Positions 9,949 to 20,500 of a DNA stretch of 64,000 bases are shown here, piece after piece. The notes beneath the pieces were generated by a model, which did not search any database, was not told the origin of the DNA, and was given only the letters and a program-made list of their open reading frames with translations. Position 1 is the stretch's first letter. Every line of letters starts with the position of its first letter. Location of the stretch: positions 62,001 to 126,000 of the forward strand of contig CAYUVA010000004.1 in the NCBI GenBank assembly GCA_964448115.1, in the 5' to 3' direction. The DNA is from an uncultured bacterium (GTDB lineage: Bacteria > CAYUVA01). Made by a program: the position numbers and the translations under genes.

Positions 9949-10215
9949 CTAGTATGCAAAGTCGTTATCCAATTCTTTAGCCCTGTATTTTTTGATCAAG
10001 CTGGACACCGTTTCGCTTGGTTTCGCACCTTTTTCAAGCCAGTAATCGATCCGCTCAATATTCATTTTGACCTCTGGAGGCTCCTTCTTGGGATCGTATG
10101 TGCCCAGGTTCTCAAGATAAGCTCCATCCCTTCTGTTGCGCGAATCGATCGCAATAATCCGGTAGAAGGGATTGTTTTTAGAGCCCATTCGCGTCAGTCG
10201 TAGTTTTACACTCAA
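9949..10215 (-). CDS. rpsP: 30S ribosomal protein S16
   Basis: VKLRLTRMG...PFYRII..DSR..RDG; TTG start after AAGGAGG. Confidence 0.98.
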   Translation of the reverse strand: MSVKLRLTRMGSKNNPFYRIIAIDSRNRRDGAYLENLGTYDPKKEPPEVKMNIERIDYWLEKGAKPSETVSSLIKKYRAKELDNDFAY

Positions 10216-10234
10216 TTCTTAGCTTCCTCCTTGG

Positions 10235-11569
10235 TTAGGAAAGTGGAAATCCTTTGGTGAATTTATTAAAAAACGATTGCTTTGTAGCCATCTTCATCAT
10301 CTTTGAGACCATGACGAACTGCTTGAGCAGCCGGTTGACATCGGCGACCGAGGTGCCGCTACCAGCGGCGATGCGTTTACGACGGCTGCCGTTTATTATC
10401 GTATGGTCTCGACGCTCCTGCGGGGTCATGGAAAGGATTATCGCTTCCTGTATCTTCAACTCCTCCTCTGGGATCTGAATATCCTTGATATTCTTCAGTT
10501 GACCGCTCATTCCGGGTATCATTTTTACTATCTGGTCTAAGGGACCCATTTTTTTGAGTTGTTGCATCTGCTGGAGGTAATCATCCAATCCGAAGGTCTG
10601 TTTGCGTATCTTCTCCTCCAGTTTGCGGGCTTGCTCCTCGTCAAAGGCTGCCTCTGCCTTGTCAATGATGCTAAGGATATCCCCCATACCCAGAATGCGC
10701 TGAGCCATGCGATCCGGGTGGAACGGCTCCAGCAGGTCGAGCTTTTCCCCTACCCCGATGAACTTGATCGGCTTGCCGGTTACCGATTTGATCGACAACG
10801 CAGCGCCACCGCGCGCATCGCCATCCATCTTGGTCAGAATGATCCCGCTCAGCTCGATCTGCTTGTTGAAGCTATCTGCTACATTGACCGCATCCTGACC
10901 GGTCATAGCATCGGCGATGAAGAGCACCTCGTTCGGCTCGATGAGCTGCTTCATCTCCCTTAACTCCTCCATCAGAGCCTGGTCGATGTGCAGCCGTCCA
11001 GCGGTATCGACTATCACAACCTGGAACCCCTCGCGCTGCGCGTAATCGACAGCATTCTGTGCGATGACCGGTGGTTTGACATTTTCCTCCGTATAGACCT
11101 CTACCCCCACCTTGGAGCCGACAGTTTTAAGTTGCTGAATAGCCGCCGGTCGATAGATATCGGCTGCCACCAGCAGCGGCTTCTTGCCATCCTGCTTGAA
11201 CTGTCGGGCGAGCTTCCCGCAGGTGGTGGTCTTTCCAGAGCCTTGCAAGCCGACCATCATTATCTTGGTAGGTGGCATGGAGGAGAGCCTCAGTTTCTCG
11301 TGTTTCTCTCCCATCAACATGGTCAGCTCATCGCGAACTATCTTTATAACCTGCTGCCCTGGGGTAAGGCTCTTGAGCACCTCTTCGCCGATAGCTCTTT
11401 GCTCGATATTCTTTATGAAATCCTTGACAACCTTGTAGTTGACATCAGCCTCCAGGAGGGCAAGGCGCACCTCGCGCAGGGCATCCTTGATATTCTTCTC
11501 GTTGAGCTTACCGCGTCCTCTCAGCTTCCTGAGGACCCCGTCAAGCCTCTCTGATAGGTTGTCGAACAT
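10235..11569 (-). CDS. ffh: Signal recognition particle protein
   Basis: GLQGSGKTT, DTAGRLH, TKMDGDARGG, SRRKRIAAGSG. Confidence 0.98.
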   Translation of the reverse strand: MFDNLSERLDGVLRKLRGRGKLNEKNIKDALREVRLALLEADVNYKVVKDFIKNIEQRAIGEEVLKSLTPGQQVIKIVRDELTMLMGEKHEKLRLSSMPPTKIMMVGLQGSGKTTTCGKLARQFKQDGKKPLLVAADIYRPAAIQQLKTVGSKVGVEVYTEENVKPPVIAQNAVDYAQREGFQVVIVDTAGRLHIDQALMEELREMKQLIEPNEVLFIADAMTGQDAVNVADSFNKQIELSGIILTKMDGDARGGAALSIKSVTGKPIKFIGVGEKLDLLEPFHPDRMAQRILGMGDILSIIDKAEAAFDEEQARKLEEKIRKQTFGLDDYLQQMQQLKKMGPLDQIVKMIPGMSGQLKNIKDIQIPEEELKIQEAIILSMTPQERRDHTIINGSRRKRIAAGSGTSVADVNRLLKQFVMVSKMMKMATKQSFFNKFTKGFPLS

Positions 11570-11670
11570 CCTTATTCCCTTAGTCTTAACATAACCATTA
11601 CGCCATTAGACAAGCTAACAATTATAATAATATCAGGATCTATGTCAAAGAGTCAAAAATCTTGGATTAT

Positions 11671-11770
11671 CCCAGGTCTTCAGTTTGATATTGCTTTTCT
11701 TGGAGGAAATCCTTTTCGAGAAAGGATTATCCCCCAAGCCCACTTCCCAAAAGCCTCATCAATTATGTTC
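11671..11770. repeat. Dispersed ~100-bp intergenic repeat, copy B
   Basis: Aligns with 3528-3630 in the same orientation. Confidence 0.8.
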
Positions 11771-11992
11771 TTCCAGTCAAAGGCATTAAGCCCCTGGCTG
11801 AAAAGGATGTTCGTTTTCGGAAATGGGGTTTGCTAAAATAAGAGGCTAACCTGTCTGAAAGGTTAAGTAAATTTCTATGTTGCAAAATAACCCTGAACAT
11901 TCTAAAATCATATAGATAATTGCTATCAAAGGATATCTTGATACTTTGGAGGTTCACCAAGTTGTCTTTAGGGAAGGACAATCGAGCACAAT

Positions 11993-14026
11993 ATGGGTAT
12001 TGAGAATAGCACGACAATAAGGTTCAGGACTTATGACCTGGTTCGCCGACCGCTTCCTCAAAAAATAAGTTACATGGTTATCGCCCTATTGATAATGGTG
12101 TTTCTGGTATCCTTCTCTCCGATTACAAACTACGACATCTGGTGGTATTTGAAGACTGGCGAGGTCATAACCAAGTGGATGTCCATACCTGACGGCGATA
12201 TCTTCACCATTGGGCAAAGGCACTTGCCCTGGTATAATTTCGCCTGGCTCAGTTGTATTATCTTTTACCTTATTCATGGGTTGCTAGGCTTTGGAGGCTT
12301 GATCTTACTCAAGGTGATAATAATCGCTGCGTCCTTTTATTTATTTTATAGGACTGCCGAGTTTCTGGGAGCCTTCAATCCCTTTAGCTACCTGGTTCTC
12401 CTTATCGGCTTAATGGCGATAAAGGACAGGATCATGGTGCGTGGTCATCTGTTTGCATACCTATTGGCAGCGCTACTAGTCTATTTCCTGGAGCGCCATC
12501 TTGATGATCATCGCAAGCTACTCCCCTGGGTGCCTATCATTCTGCTTACCTGGTCTAATCTTCACGGGAGCGCCCTATGGGGTCTGTTCCTGGTTTGGCT
12601 TTACATGTTAAGCAGTGCAGTAAGGTATTTTTTCATCGATATTTATCGGGAAAATTTCCCCCTGAGACACAAGCTAGGATACCTTCTAGTGATAATCGTC
12701 TCCACTGCTGCCATGGCAATCAATCCTTATACAGTAAAGATCTATACATATCCCTTTTGGCATCATGGCAGGGAGCTTTTCGCTGCCAATATCGCCGAGT
12801 GGGCGCCGCTTTTGCATCCGCAGGTAATAAAGCAACCATCGGTACTAGCATTTCTTTTTTACCTGTTTTTTTCAATTGTTATGATCTGTTGTTATATCTT
12901 TGGGCATAGAAAGGCATCACCAAGACACCTGTGTATCTTCATCTTCCCGCTCATATTTATTGTTCAGAGCCATCGATTGAGAGATTTATATGTTATTAGC
13001 ACAATGCCGATAGCGGTATATTATACCGAGAGAGTCTTTGACATGCTTGAGAAAAGAGGCAGGTTTTTATTGTATGCCATTTTGGTCATTGCCGTATTAT
13101 GCTTTGTTATCTTACATGCCTGCCATTCCCCTTTGCCAAAGCAACTATTTGCTGAGGATTACCAGTTGCCCCAAAAGGCAGCGGACTTTATCAAGATCAA
13201 CGACCTGGGCGGAAATATGTATAATTCTTATATTTTCGGTGGTTACCTGATCTACCGATTCTATCCCCATCGACTGGTTTTCATAGATGGCAGAAACCTG
13301 TCCGAGAGGCGGCATAGCGAATACATCGAAGCCAGGGGTGGCATCGAGGCGTTGGAAAAGATCGCCAAGAAGTATAGGATCGAGTACTTCGTGCTTCGCT
13401 ATCCGAGCCGACTGGTGCCCGGAGATGACAATATTCATTACCTGCTGCATTTCTCAGATAGATGGGACCTGGTTTATTGGGATGATACCGCGCTCATATA
13501 TTGTCTGAATCAGGGTGATAATAGAAAGATAACCCAGATATACAGGTTCGATATTATCAATCCAGCCATCTTCGATGTAATGAAGATCCAACCTGCTGAT
13601 TATCCAAAGGCTATCGCCGAGTTCGAGCGCGGCATCAAGAATGCTCCCCATGATCCTTATGCGCTCACCAACCTCGGCATCCTTTATCTGGCTGCCGATA
13701 ATACCTCAAGAGCAGAGGAATACATAAAACTGGCGCTGCTGAATAAGCCCGGATTCGCACCCGCGCTAAACGCGATGGGGAATATATATTTCAAGAAAAA
13801 TCAGACCGAGATGGCAATAAAATATTACCAACGAGCGATAAAAAAGGACAAAAAATTATTTGAAGCCTGGGGGAATCTTGGCATCATCTACTTAAACGAT
13901 GGCAAGTACGATAAAGCTAGGGATTGCTTCCTGAGGGTTCTGCGGTATAATCCAAATGATAAGGGTGCAAAAATCAGACTCACCCAGATTGAACAACTAA
14001 CAAAAAGGGCAAAGCAAAGGGATTGA
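11993..14026 (+). CDS. Polytopic membrane protein (probable GT-C glycosyltransferase) with C-terminal TPRs
   Basis: YDIWWYLKTG loop after TM1, WSNLHG, INPY, IAEWAP, FGGYLIY, VFIDGR, about 4 TPR repeats. Confidence 0.7.
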   Translation: MGIENSTTIRFRTYDLVRRPLPQKISYMVIALLIMVFLVSFSPITNYDIWWYLKTGEVITKWMSIPDGDIFTIGQRHLPWYNFAWLSCIIFYLIHGLLGFGGLILLKVIIIAASFYLFYRTAEFLGAFNPFSYLVLLIGLMAIKDRIMVRGHLFAYLLAALLVYFLERHLDDHRKLLPWVPIILLTWSNLHGSALWGLFLVWLYMLSSAVRYFFIDIYRENFPLRHKLGYLLVIIVSTAAMAINPYTVKIYTYPFWHHGRELFAANIAEWAPLLHPQVIKQPSVLAFLFYLFFSIVMICCYIFGHRKASPRHLCIFIFPLIFIVQSHRLRDLYVISTMPIAVYYTERVFDMLEKRGRFLLYAILVIAVLCFVILHACHSPLPKQLFAEDYQLPQKAADFIKINDLGGNMYNSYIFGGYLIYRFYPHRLVFIDGRNLSERRHSEYIEARGGIEALEKIAKKYRIEYFVLRYPSRLVPGDDNIHYLLHFSDRWDLVYWDDTALIYCLNQGDNRKITQIYRFDIINPAIFDVMKIQPADYPKAIAEFERGIKNAPHDPYALTNLGILYLAADNTSRAEEYIKLALLNKPGFAPALNAMGNIYFKKNQTEMAIKYYQRAIKKDKKLFEAWGNLGIIYLNDGKYDKARDCFLRVLRYNPNDKGAKIRLTQIEQLTKRAKQRD

Positions 14027-14102
14027 CCAGCCTAGATATTTCTGATACCGCTATTAAACATATAGAATATAACAGTAAACTCTTAACCAAAAGGTCGTTA
14101 TT

Positions 14103-15323
14103 GTGAACGAGGAAAATCCAAAGGTTCGCTTCGATATCCAAGCCTTTCCTGTCGAGCACGAGGGAAGGCGAGTGTTCTTAATCCAGGATCACCTGGGACT
14201 AGTACCAGAAAATGTCCTATTCGAGGAGGAAGCTATCTATATCTTGCAGCTCTTGGACGGAAGGGGAACACTCAGGGATATTCAAGAGACCCTCAGTAGA
14301 GCAAGTGGAGGAGAGATCTTCTCCATGGAGGAAGTAGAGGACATGATCAATAAGCTCGATTCCTTTTATCTGTTGGAATCATCGAGATTCAACCAGGCAA
14401 AAGAAGATTTGATGGCAAATTTCGTCTCTGCAGAAATCAGGGAGCCATATCATGCTGGTAGATCGTATCCAGTGGAGGTTTCTGCCATAGAAGAATTTAT
14501 CGATGATTCCCTGAGCCGACCGATCGATACATCCCATCAAGAGCCGTTTGAAAACCTGAAAGGGCTTATAGTTCCCCATATTCATTTCGGCGCTGGAGTG
14601 AATACCTATGGTTCTGGATATAAATTGTTAAAGGGGCAAAAGTACGATCGTGTGATCATTCTGGGCATCGGACATCAGATTATAGATGGTCTGTTTAGTA
14701 TTACTGACAAGGATTTTGTTACCCCACTTGGAACAGTAGCTACCGACAAGGATGCAGTCGATCTGCTACTGGAGGCAGGCGATGACCTTATATGCGATAA
14801 TGACTTTGCCCATCGCACCGAACATTCAATCGAGTTCCAGCTCCTTTATCTTCAACATCTTCTAGGCAGCGATAAGTTCAAGATAATCCCGATCCTGACC
14901 GGCAACTTTGATGGAATAATTTCAGAATACGATGCATTACAGAATGTACCGGGTATGGATGACTTCATAGATGCACTGTCTAAGGAAGCATCCCATTCGG
15001 ATACGCTATTGATTGCAGGTGTTGACCTATCGCATATCGGCTATAAATTCGGGAATTCAGAGCCGGCTATGGAGCTAGAGCAGAAGGCAAGGGATTTCGA
15101 TCTCGAATTACTTGAAGCAATAAAGGTCGCTGATCAGGAGAAATTTTGGAGTTTAGCCAAGAGCTCCTTAAAAGATTTCAATGTCTGCGGCTTGTCTGCC
15201 TTGAGCATTCTTCTTGCTGTAGTACCAAGATTGAGGGGTCATCTTCTGAATTACGATATGTGGCATGAAAAGCAGACCTTTTCTGCGGTCAGCTTTGCTG
15301 CCATGGCATTGACCCAAGAATAG
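14103..15323 (+). CDS. MEMO1-family protein (AmmeMemoRadiSam protein B) with N-terminal extension
   Basis: HAGRSYP, IVPHI, FVTPLG, HRTEHSIEFQL, GVDLSHIG, VCG. Confidence 0.88.
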   Translation: MNEENPKVRFDIQAFPVEHEGRRVFLIQDHLGLVPENVLFEEEAIYILQLLDGRGTLRDIQETLSRASGGEIFSMEEVEDMINKLDSFYLLESSRFNQAKEDLMANFVSAEIREPYHAGRSYPVEVSAIEEFIDDSLSRPIDTSHQEPFENLKGLIVPHIHFGAGVNTYGSGYKLLKGQKYDRVIILGIGHQIIDGLFSITDKDFVTPLGTVATDKDAVDLLLEAGDDLICDNDFAHRTEHSIEFQLLYLQHLLGSDKFKIIPILTGNFDGIISEYDALQNVPGMDDFIDALSKEASHSDTLLIAGVDLSHIGYKFGNSEPAMELEQKARDFDLELLEAIKVADQEKFWSLAKSSLKDFNVCGLSALSILLAVVPRLRGHLLNYDMWHEKQTFSAVSFAAMALTQE

Positions 15324-15664
15324 GTTTCAGGGGAATATAAAATCCTCAAACTTGGAAATGATTTTTCTATTGACAGACCTAGAAAAATGATAGACATCCA
15401 ATAACAAAATTATCCTATAATGGTGAATTAGTCGAACCTGTTTTTTATTCAAATGCATCGAGCATTGATGGACATGGATTTTACTCAACTATGGCTTATG
15501 GATCCACAGAACCAGTGGGGAGGTATGGTCCTCACCTGTTTTAATGAACTTACTGATCTATTAAAATCATTTAAAGGGAAATCTTTTAATGAGATTTGCT
15601 TGACGTTAAAACAAAATCATTTAATAATTAAAGATAATTTAAATAATAATATACAATAATTGAT

Positions 15665-17236
15665 TTAATTATTTATAAATCTATAATCAAGTAATTCAAT
15701 TTTAGGTTTTTCTTTTGGTAACCTGAATAATATCCATCCATTATTGTATCTTTTGATAACTCTCAATTTCTTAATAAATGGTGCCCATTCTTCCAATTCT
15801 TGGGATTGCCAATATAGTTTTCCTATTAAATTTTCATCAGAAGGTAAAAGCAATCCAAATACTTCGGGCAACTTTTTATTGATTTGATAAAATGTGTCAG
15901 GGGTTAAAGGAACCTCCATTGCCATACATTTCGCATACCATCCTATATCGAAAGATCGACAAGAAATGACTAATTGTCCTTGGGGAACTGTTGCTCGAAG
16001 GTGCTCGAATATCTCTGAATTGTAATTTCCATTAACCTTTTTCTCTATGGATTCAATAAATATGTTCTTTCTTAGATCAAAAATGTATGATGAAGTTCCC
16101 TCAAGAAGTATTAGACTTATAATCATAAATCCTATAATTGGCTTTCGTAAAAGAAAATGATGAATGGCAATTATTGCAGTAGGTATTATTAAAATTAATA
16201 ATGGATAAAAAACTCTTTCTACATAATGAATTGGCAAAATGAATAAATGTAATAACATTACTAATAATGTAAAATAGATTAGAGTAGATTTTTTACTGAT
16301 TTGTTTGATAAACAATGTAGAAATTAAAACAAAAGTTATTGTTAATCTCCATATTTTAGGAATATCATTTATAAAACTAACAATATTTCTTATATATATT
16401 TTTATTATTTCCAGATAATTTGAAAACATAAAATCAAAAATAGAAGGTAAATGATCGCTTTTATACAAAGAATATCCAGGATATGTACTACTAAACATCA
16501 TTATTTCGTACTTTTGAATGCTGAAAAATGGATTACCAGTTTCTAAATAATTTCTAAATATCCAAGGTGTAATACAAATTAAGAAACAAATAAATATAAA
16601 TAATAATGACTTCCTTTTAAGTGATTTTTTAAGAATAATAAAAAGGGGAAGCAAGTACAAAATACCGAGGTATCGACAAAGATATAATAACCCTGCAATT
16701 AAGCCGATTATTTTTCTGCTATTAGAAGTATTTATTAAAAATAAGTATATCATTAAAGATAATAATGTAGCAAATAATGGTTCACTCATGCCGGAGCGAG
16801 ATATAGCTAGAGTTTCCTTATTAGTGCATAAAATAAAACATGCCAATACAGCAAGATAGGTATTATTTGGAATTATAATATTAATAATTTTATAAGTAAT
16901 AAAAATGGTGACAATAACAAAGATTAAACTTTCAATGCCGGCTGCAATATCTTTTTCTCCGAAAAACCTGAAAAAAATCGATAATACTAACGGATGCAGT
17001 GGCGCTCTGAGCAAATCTGGAGGAGGAAAATCATCTATCCAGTTAAGATAAATTGGCGTGAAGCTAAGTACCTTAAAAAATTCTCCTTTGTTTAACAAGG
17101 AGGCTATCTGTGAATATTCAGCGGCATCTGGTAGATATAGACCTTTAAATGTTAATATCCAGTTGATAAATAAAAAAATAACAATTATGAATACTAGTAC
17201 AATCGGCTTCTTTATTAAATTTACTATGTTACTCAC
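15665..17236 (-). CDS. ArnT/PMT-like GT-C glycosyltransferase, very AT-rich
   Basis: PDAAEYSQIA, RAPLHP, MSEPLF, PWIFRNY..TGNPFF; multi-TM. Confidence 0.8.
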   Translation of the reverse strand: MSNIVNLIKKPIVLVFIIVIFLFINWILTFKGLYLPDAAEYSQIASLLNKGEFFKVLSFTPIYLNWIDDFPPPDLLRAPLHPLVLSIFFRFFGEKDIAAGIESLIFVIVTIFITYKIINIIIPNNTYLAVLACFILCTNKETLAISRSGMSEPLFATLLSLMIYLFLINTSNSRKIIGLIAGLLYLCRYLGILYLLPLFIILKKSLKRKSLLFIFICFLICITPWIFRNYLETGNPFFSIQKYEIMMFSSTYPGYSLYKSDHLPSIFDFMFSNYLEIIKIYIRNIVSFINDIPKIWRLTITFVLISTLFIKQISKKSTLIYFTLLVMLLHLFILPIHYVERVFYPLLILIIPTAIIAIHHFLLRKPIIGFMIISLILLEGTSSYIFDLRKNIFIESIEKKVNGNYNSEIFEHLRATVPQGQLVISCRSFDIGWYAKCMAMEVPLTPDTFYQINKKLPEVFGLLLPSDENLIGKLYWQSQELEEWAPFIKKLRVIKRYNNGWILFRLPKEKPKIELLDYRFINN

Positions 17237-17358
17237 GATTTATTGCTATCAGCAAGTAATGGATTAGTCAAGGATGATTTTTCATTTTATTGTTAACATA
17301 AATTTTTATAAGGTCTCCATGCAAAAGTTCAACTGTGCCTTTAAAAACCTAAAGTTAC

Positions 17359-17388
17359 TTGACACAAAGGTATTTTCAGTTATATAAT
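17359..17388 (+). promoter_or_regulatory. Sigma70-type promoter
   Basis: TTGACA-N18-TATAAT upstream of the giant surface protein gene. Confidence 0.6.
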
Positions 17389-17541
17389 ATTGATACTAAA
17401 TGCTTAAATTATGGGTATTTTGATGGGTATGATCGGATACAACTCCCTGACGCCCACTTGGTCTTGCTTCTTTATAGGGCGCATGAGGACGAAGAGAGCA
17501 ATGGTTAATGTTCACAGTGCAACAATCCAAAGAGGTTGAAG

Positions 17542-20500
17542 ATGAAAAACAACCTGAGTATATGCCTCGCTTTTCTTTTTTTATTCATCTTTCTTCCCTT
17601 TGCCTCGCTCAATGCAACTCCCACTCCTACACCGACATGGGTGGCACAGGATACCTACGGATACGAGGGCAGGATAGACGATACTTATCGATGGTATAGC
17701 ATAGAGGATGGAACCGCGCTCACCTTGAGCGATGATTCATACACCAGGATTGATCTCCCGTTTGACTTCAGGTTTTACGGCATGGACTACAATCACTGCT
17801 ATGTCAACTCCAATGGACAGATCTGCTTTGGTACGCCGAGCATTGAGCATGTTAACGCGCCCATTCCCAGTGCATCGTTGCCTAATAACTTCGCCGCTGG
17901 ACTGTGGGCGGATCTCGACCCGGCGGATCTTTTCGTGATCGAGGGGGTCTTCTACAAGTCCCTTGGCACAGCCCCCAAGCGGGTTGCGGTCGTAGAATGG
18001 GCTGGAGTGCCTTATGCAACCACCGGCGCCAACGACCTTTATTTTCAGATCATCCTACAGGAAAGCTCTAACCGTCTTTATTATTCGTATGCCAGCATCC
18101 CGGATTATTCCTTTGCTGACGGGCAGTTCGCAGCGGTGGGGATCGAGAATCCAGACGGAGATGACGGCATTCAATACTGCTATAGGGAAAAGGGCAAGCT
18201 GTGGGAAAACCTAACATTGAGATTTACTCCCCCTGATGACCTGCCGCCGGTGATCTCCGAGAGATACCCGGCTGCCGATGCCAACTCGGTTTACAACAAC
18301 AGCATCATCCGGTTGGAAATAGTGGATTCACTTAGCGGCGTGGATTCCAATTCCATTTACATGGAGGTTAACGGCAGCGAGGTTTCTCTAGCGATGGCTT
18401 CCGTGCCCGAAGGATACGATATTAGATACACACCACCGGCTCCGTTCGCAGATCTTCAAACGGTAGTGGTTTATATAGAGGCTTCGGATAATGCAGGCAC
18501 GCCCAATACTCTCTACGAGTATTACACATTTACCACCGGCGCAGATCTGAATGACACAGTGGCGCCTTATCCTTATGATCTATCACCATTTCCAGGTCAG
18601 ATCATAGTCTCCACCGAAACGACAATATCGCTTAAAATAAAGGACGATGAAACCTGCGTGGATAAAGGCTCCCTTTTCATCACCGTGGAGGGGGCTCCGG
18701 TAACGCCAGAGTCTTTCATCTACCCGATCCCTGGCGGATACGAGGTTTACTATGTGCCTGAGACACCATTTGGCTATACGCAGGTGGTGGATATAACGGT
18801 AAGCGCCTCTGACTTGAGCTTCCCCTCGCAAGCGATGCAGCCTTACAGTTATAGCTTTACAATATACAATGTTCCCACAGCTACGCCGACCTTTACTCCC
18901 ACCGATACCCCGACCTTCACCGATACGCCCACCGCAACCGACACGCCGATTTACACTGCCACTCCCACCAGTACGCCAACTGCCACCGAGACCTGGCACT
19001 GGCCGGGTCCCACCGATACACCTACGCCTACCAATACGCCTACGGTTACCCCTACCCAGGCGATATCAGTGCTTATCGTCTCTGATGACGATGCGTATCC
19101 CAACTACGAGGCGGGGGGCTTGACCGGTGCAGGCTACTACCAATCAATATTAGGCTCCAGCTATGCGGTTACCATCTGGTACGAAAAGATAAGCGGCAGA
19201 CCATCGCTATCAACGCTGCAAAGCTACGACCTGGTGATATGGAGCACGGGGGATTACAGCACCTACGCGCCGGACAGCACCGATCGCACTACCATAGAAA
19301 ATTATCTTGCCGGGGGCGGAAGGTTGTTAATAAGCGGTTGCTTTATCGGCATGGATAATGGTAACAACCACTTCTTCAATGATGTCCTGGGCGCTTATTA
19401 TATTTTCAATGAGAGCATGGAGGATGTTCTAGTAGCCGACTATAGCCATCCGCTAGCAGATGGCTTCCATTCGGTTGCCGATACCATCAAGCTTATCGAT
19501 GCCCCCTCAAAGCTGGTATATGATCCGGACTTGATAGGAATAATGCCTGGCTCAAATACCATCTTCATGCGCGGATTGGAGAGTGAAACCCCGATACTTC
19601 CATGCGTGATAGGCAAGGAGACCGTGGACTTCAAGCTGGTATATATTTCGTTGCCTATTTACCTTTTCCCTGACAATGAGCGCCAGGTGCTGGTCGAAAA
19701 TGCAGTGAATTATCTGCTAGCCCCGTTGTCAACGCCGACGCCGACTCCCTTGCCTTCATCAATCGGCTATCTTGTCCCTCTTTGGGACGGCGGCAGGGTG
19801 GTTGAGATCGATAATCGAGGTCAGATCGGCTGGGAGATCCCCTCGCTTGTTCACCCCGTGCAAGCTCAGAGGCTTTATAATAAGAATACGCTGGTAACCC
19901 AGACAAATACTAACCCCTCGGTTCTCGAATTTGACTATAACGGGGAGCTGGTCTGGGCTTATTATGACCTGGTAAATCCGACCGATGCGATGCGCACCGC
20001 CAGCGAGGAGACCTTGATCTGCGATCCCGGACAAGGTAGGGTGCTACAGGTCAATCTTGACAAGGAGACTACCTGGAGCGTGGATGGCTTGAGCCTGCCG
20101 GTCTCAGCGCAGCGGCTTGATAACGGCAATACACTCATCGCCGAGTATAGCGCCGGCAGGGTGATCGAGGTTGCTCCCAACCAAAACATCGTATGGAGCT
20201 ATGATGATTTAAGTGGTCCCACCGATGCGCAGAGGCTCGATAACGGTAACACCTTGATCGCCGATGATGCCGGTGGCAGGGTCATCGAGGTGGATCCCCT
20301 CGGCGAGATAGTGTGGGGCTTTGCGACCATAGAGGCGATCAACAAGATCCAGCGCACCCCCTTGGGAACTACCCTGGTAGCGCATCCGGATATCTCGACA
20401 ATCCTGGAGGGGAGCTTGGAGGGATATATCAACTGGGAGTACTACATAGATGGCTCTCCGCAAGGCTGCCGACTGGTCGGAGATTTCGAGCCTCCCTACA

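Noticed and set aside
15453-15659. 68-aa ORF at the islet edge
   Set aside because: No RBS or recognisable motif; may be a remnant but cannot be supported.
17440-17500. Hammerhead- or riboswitch-like leader (ATGAGGACGAAG)
   Set aside because: Lacks the CTGATGA/GAAA core; only a weak stem.
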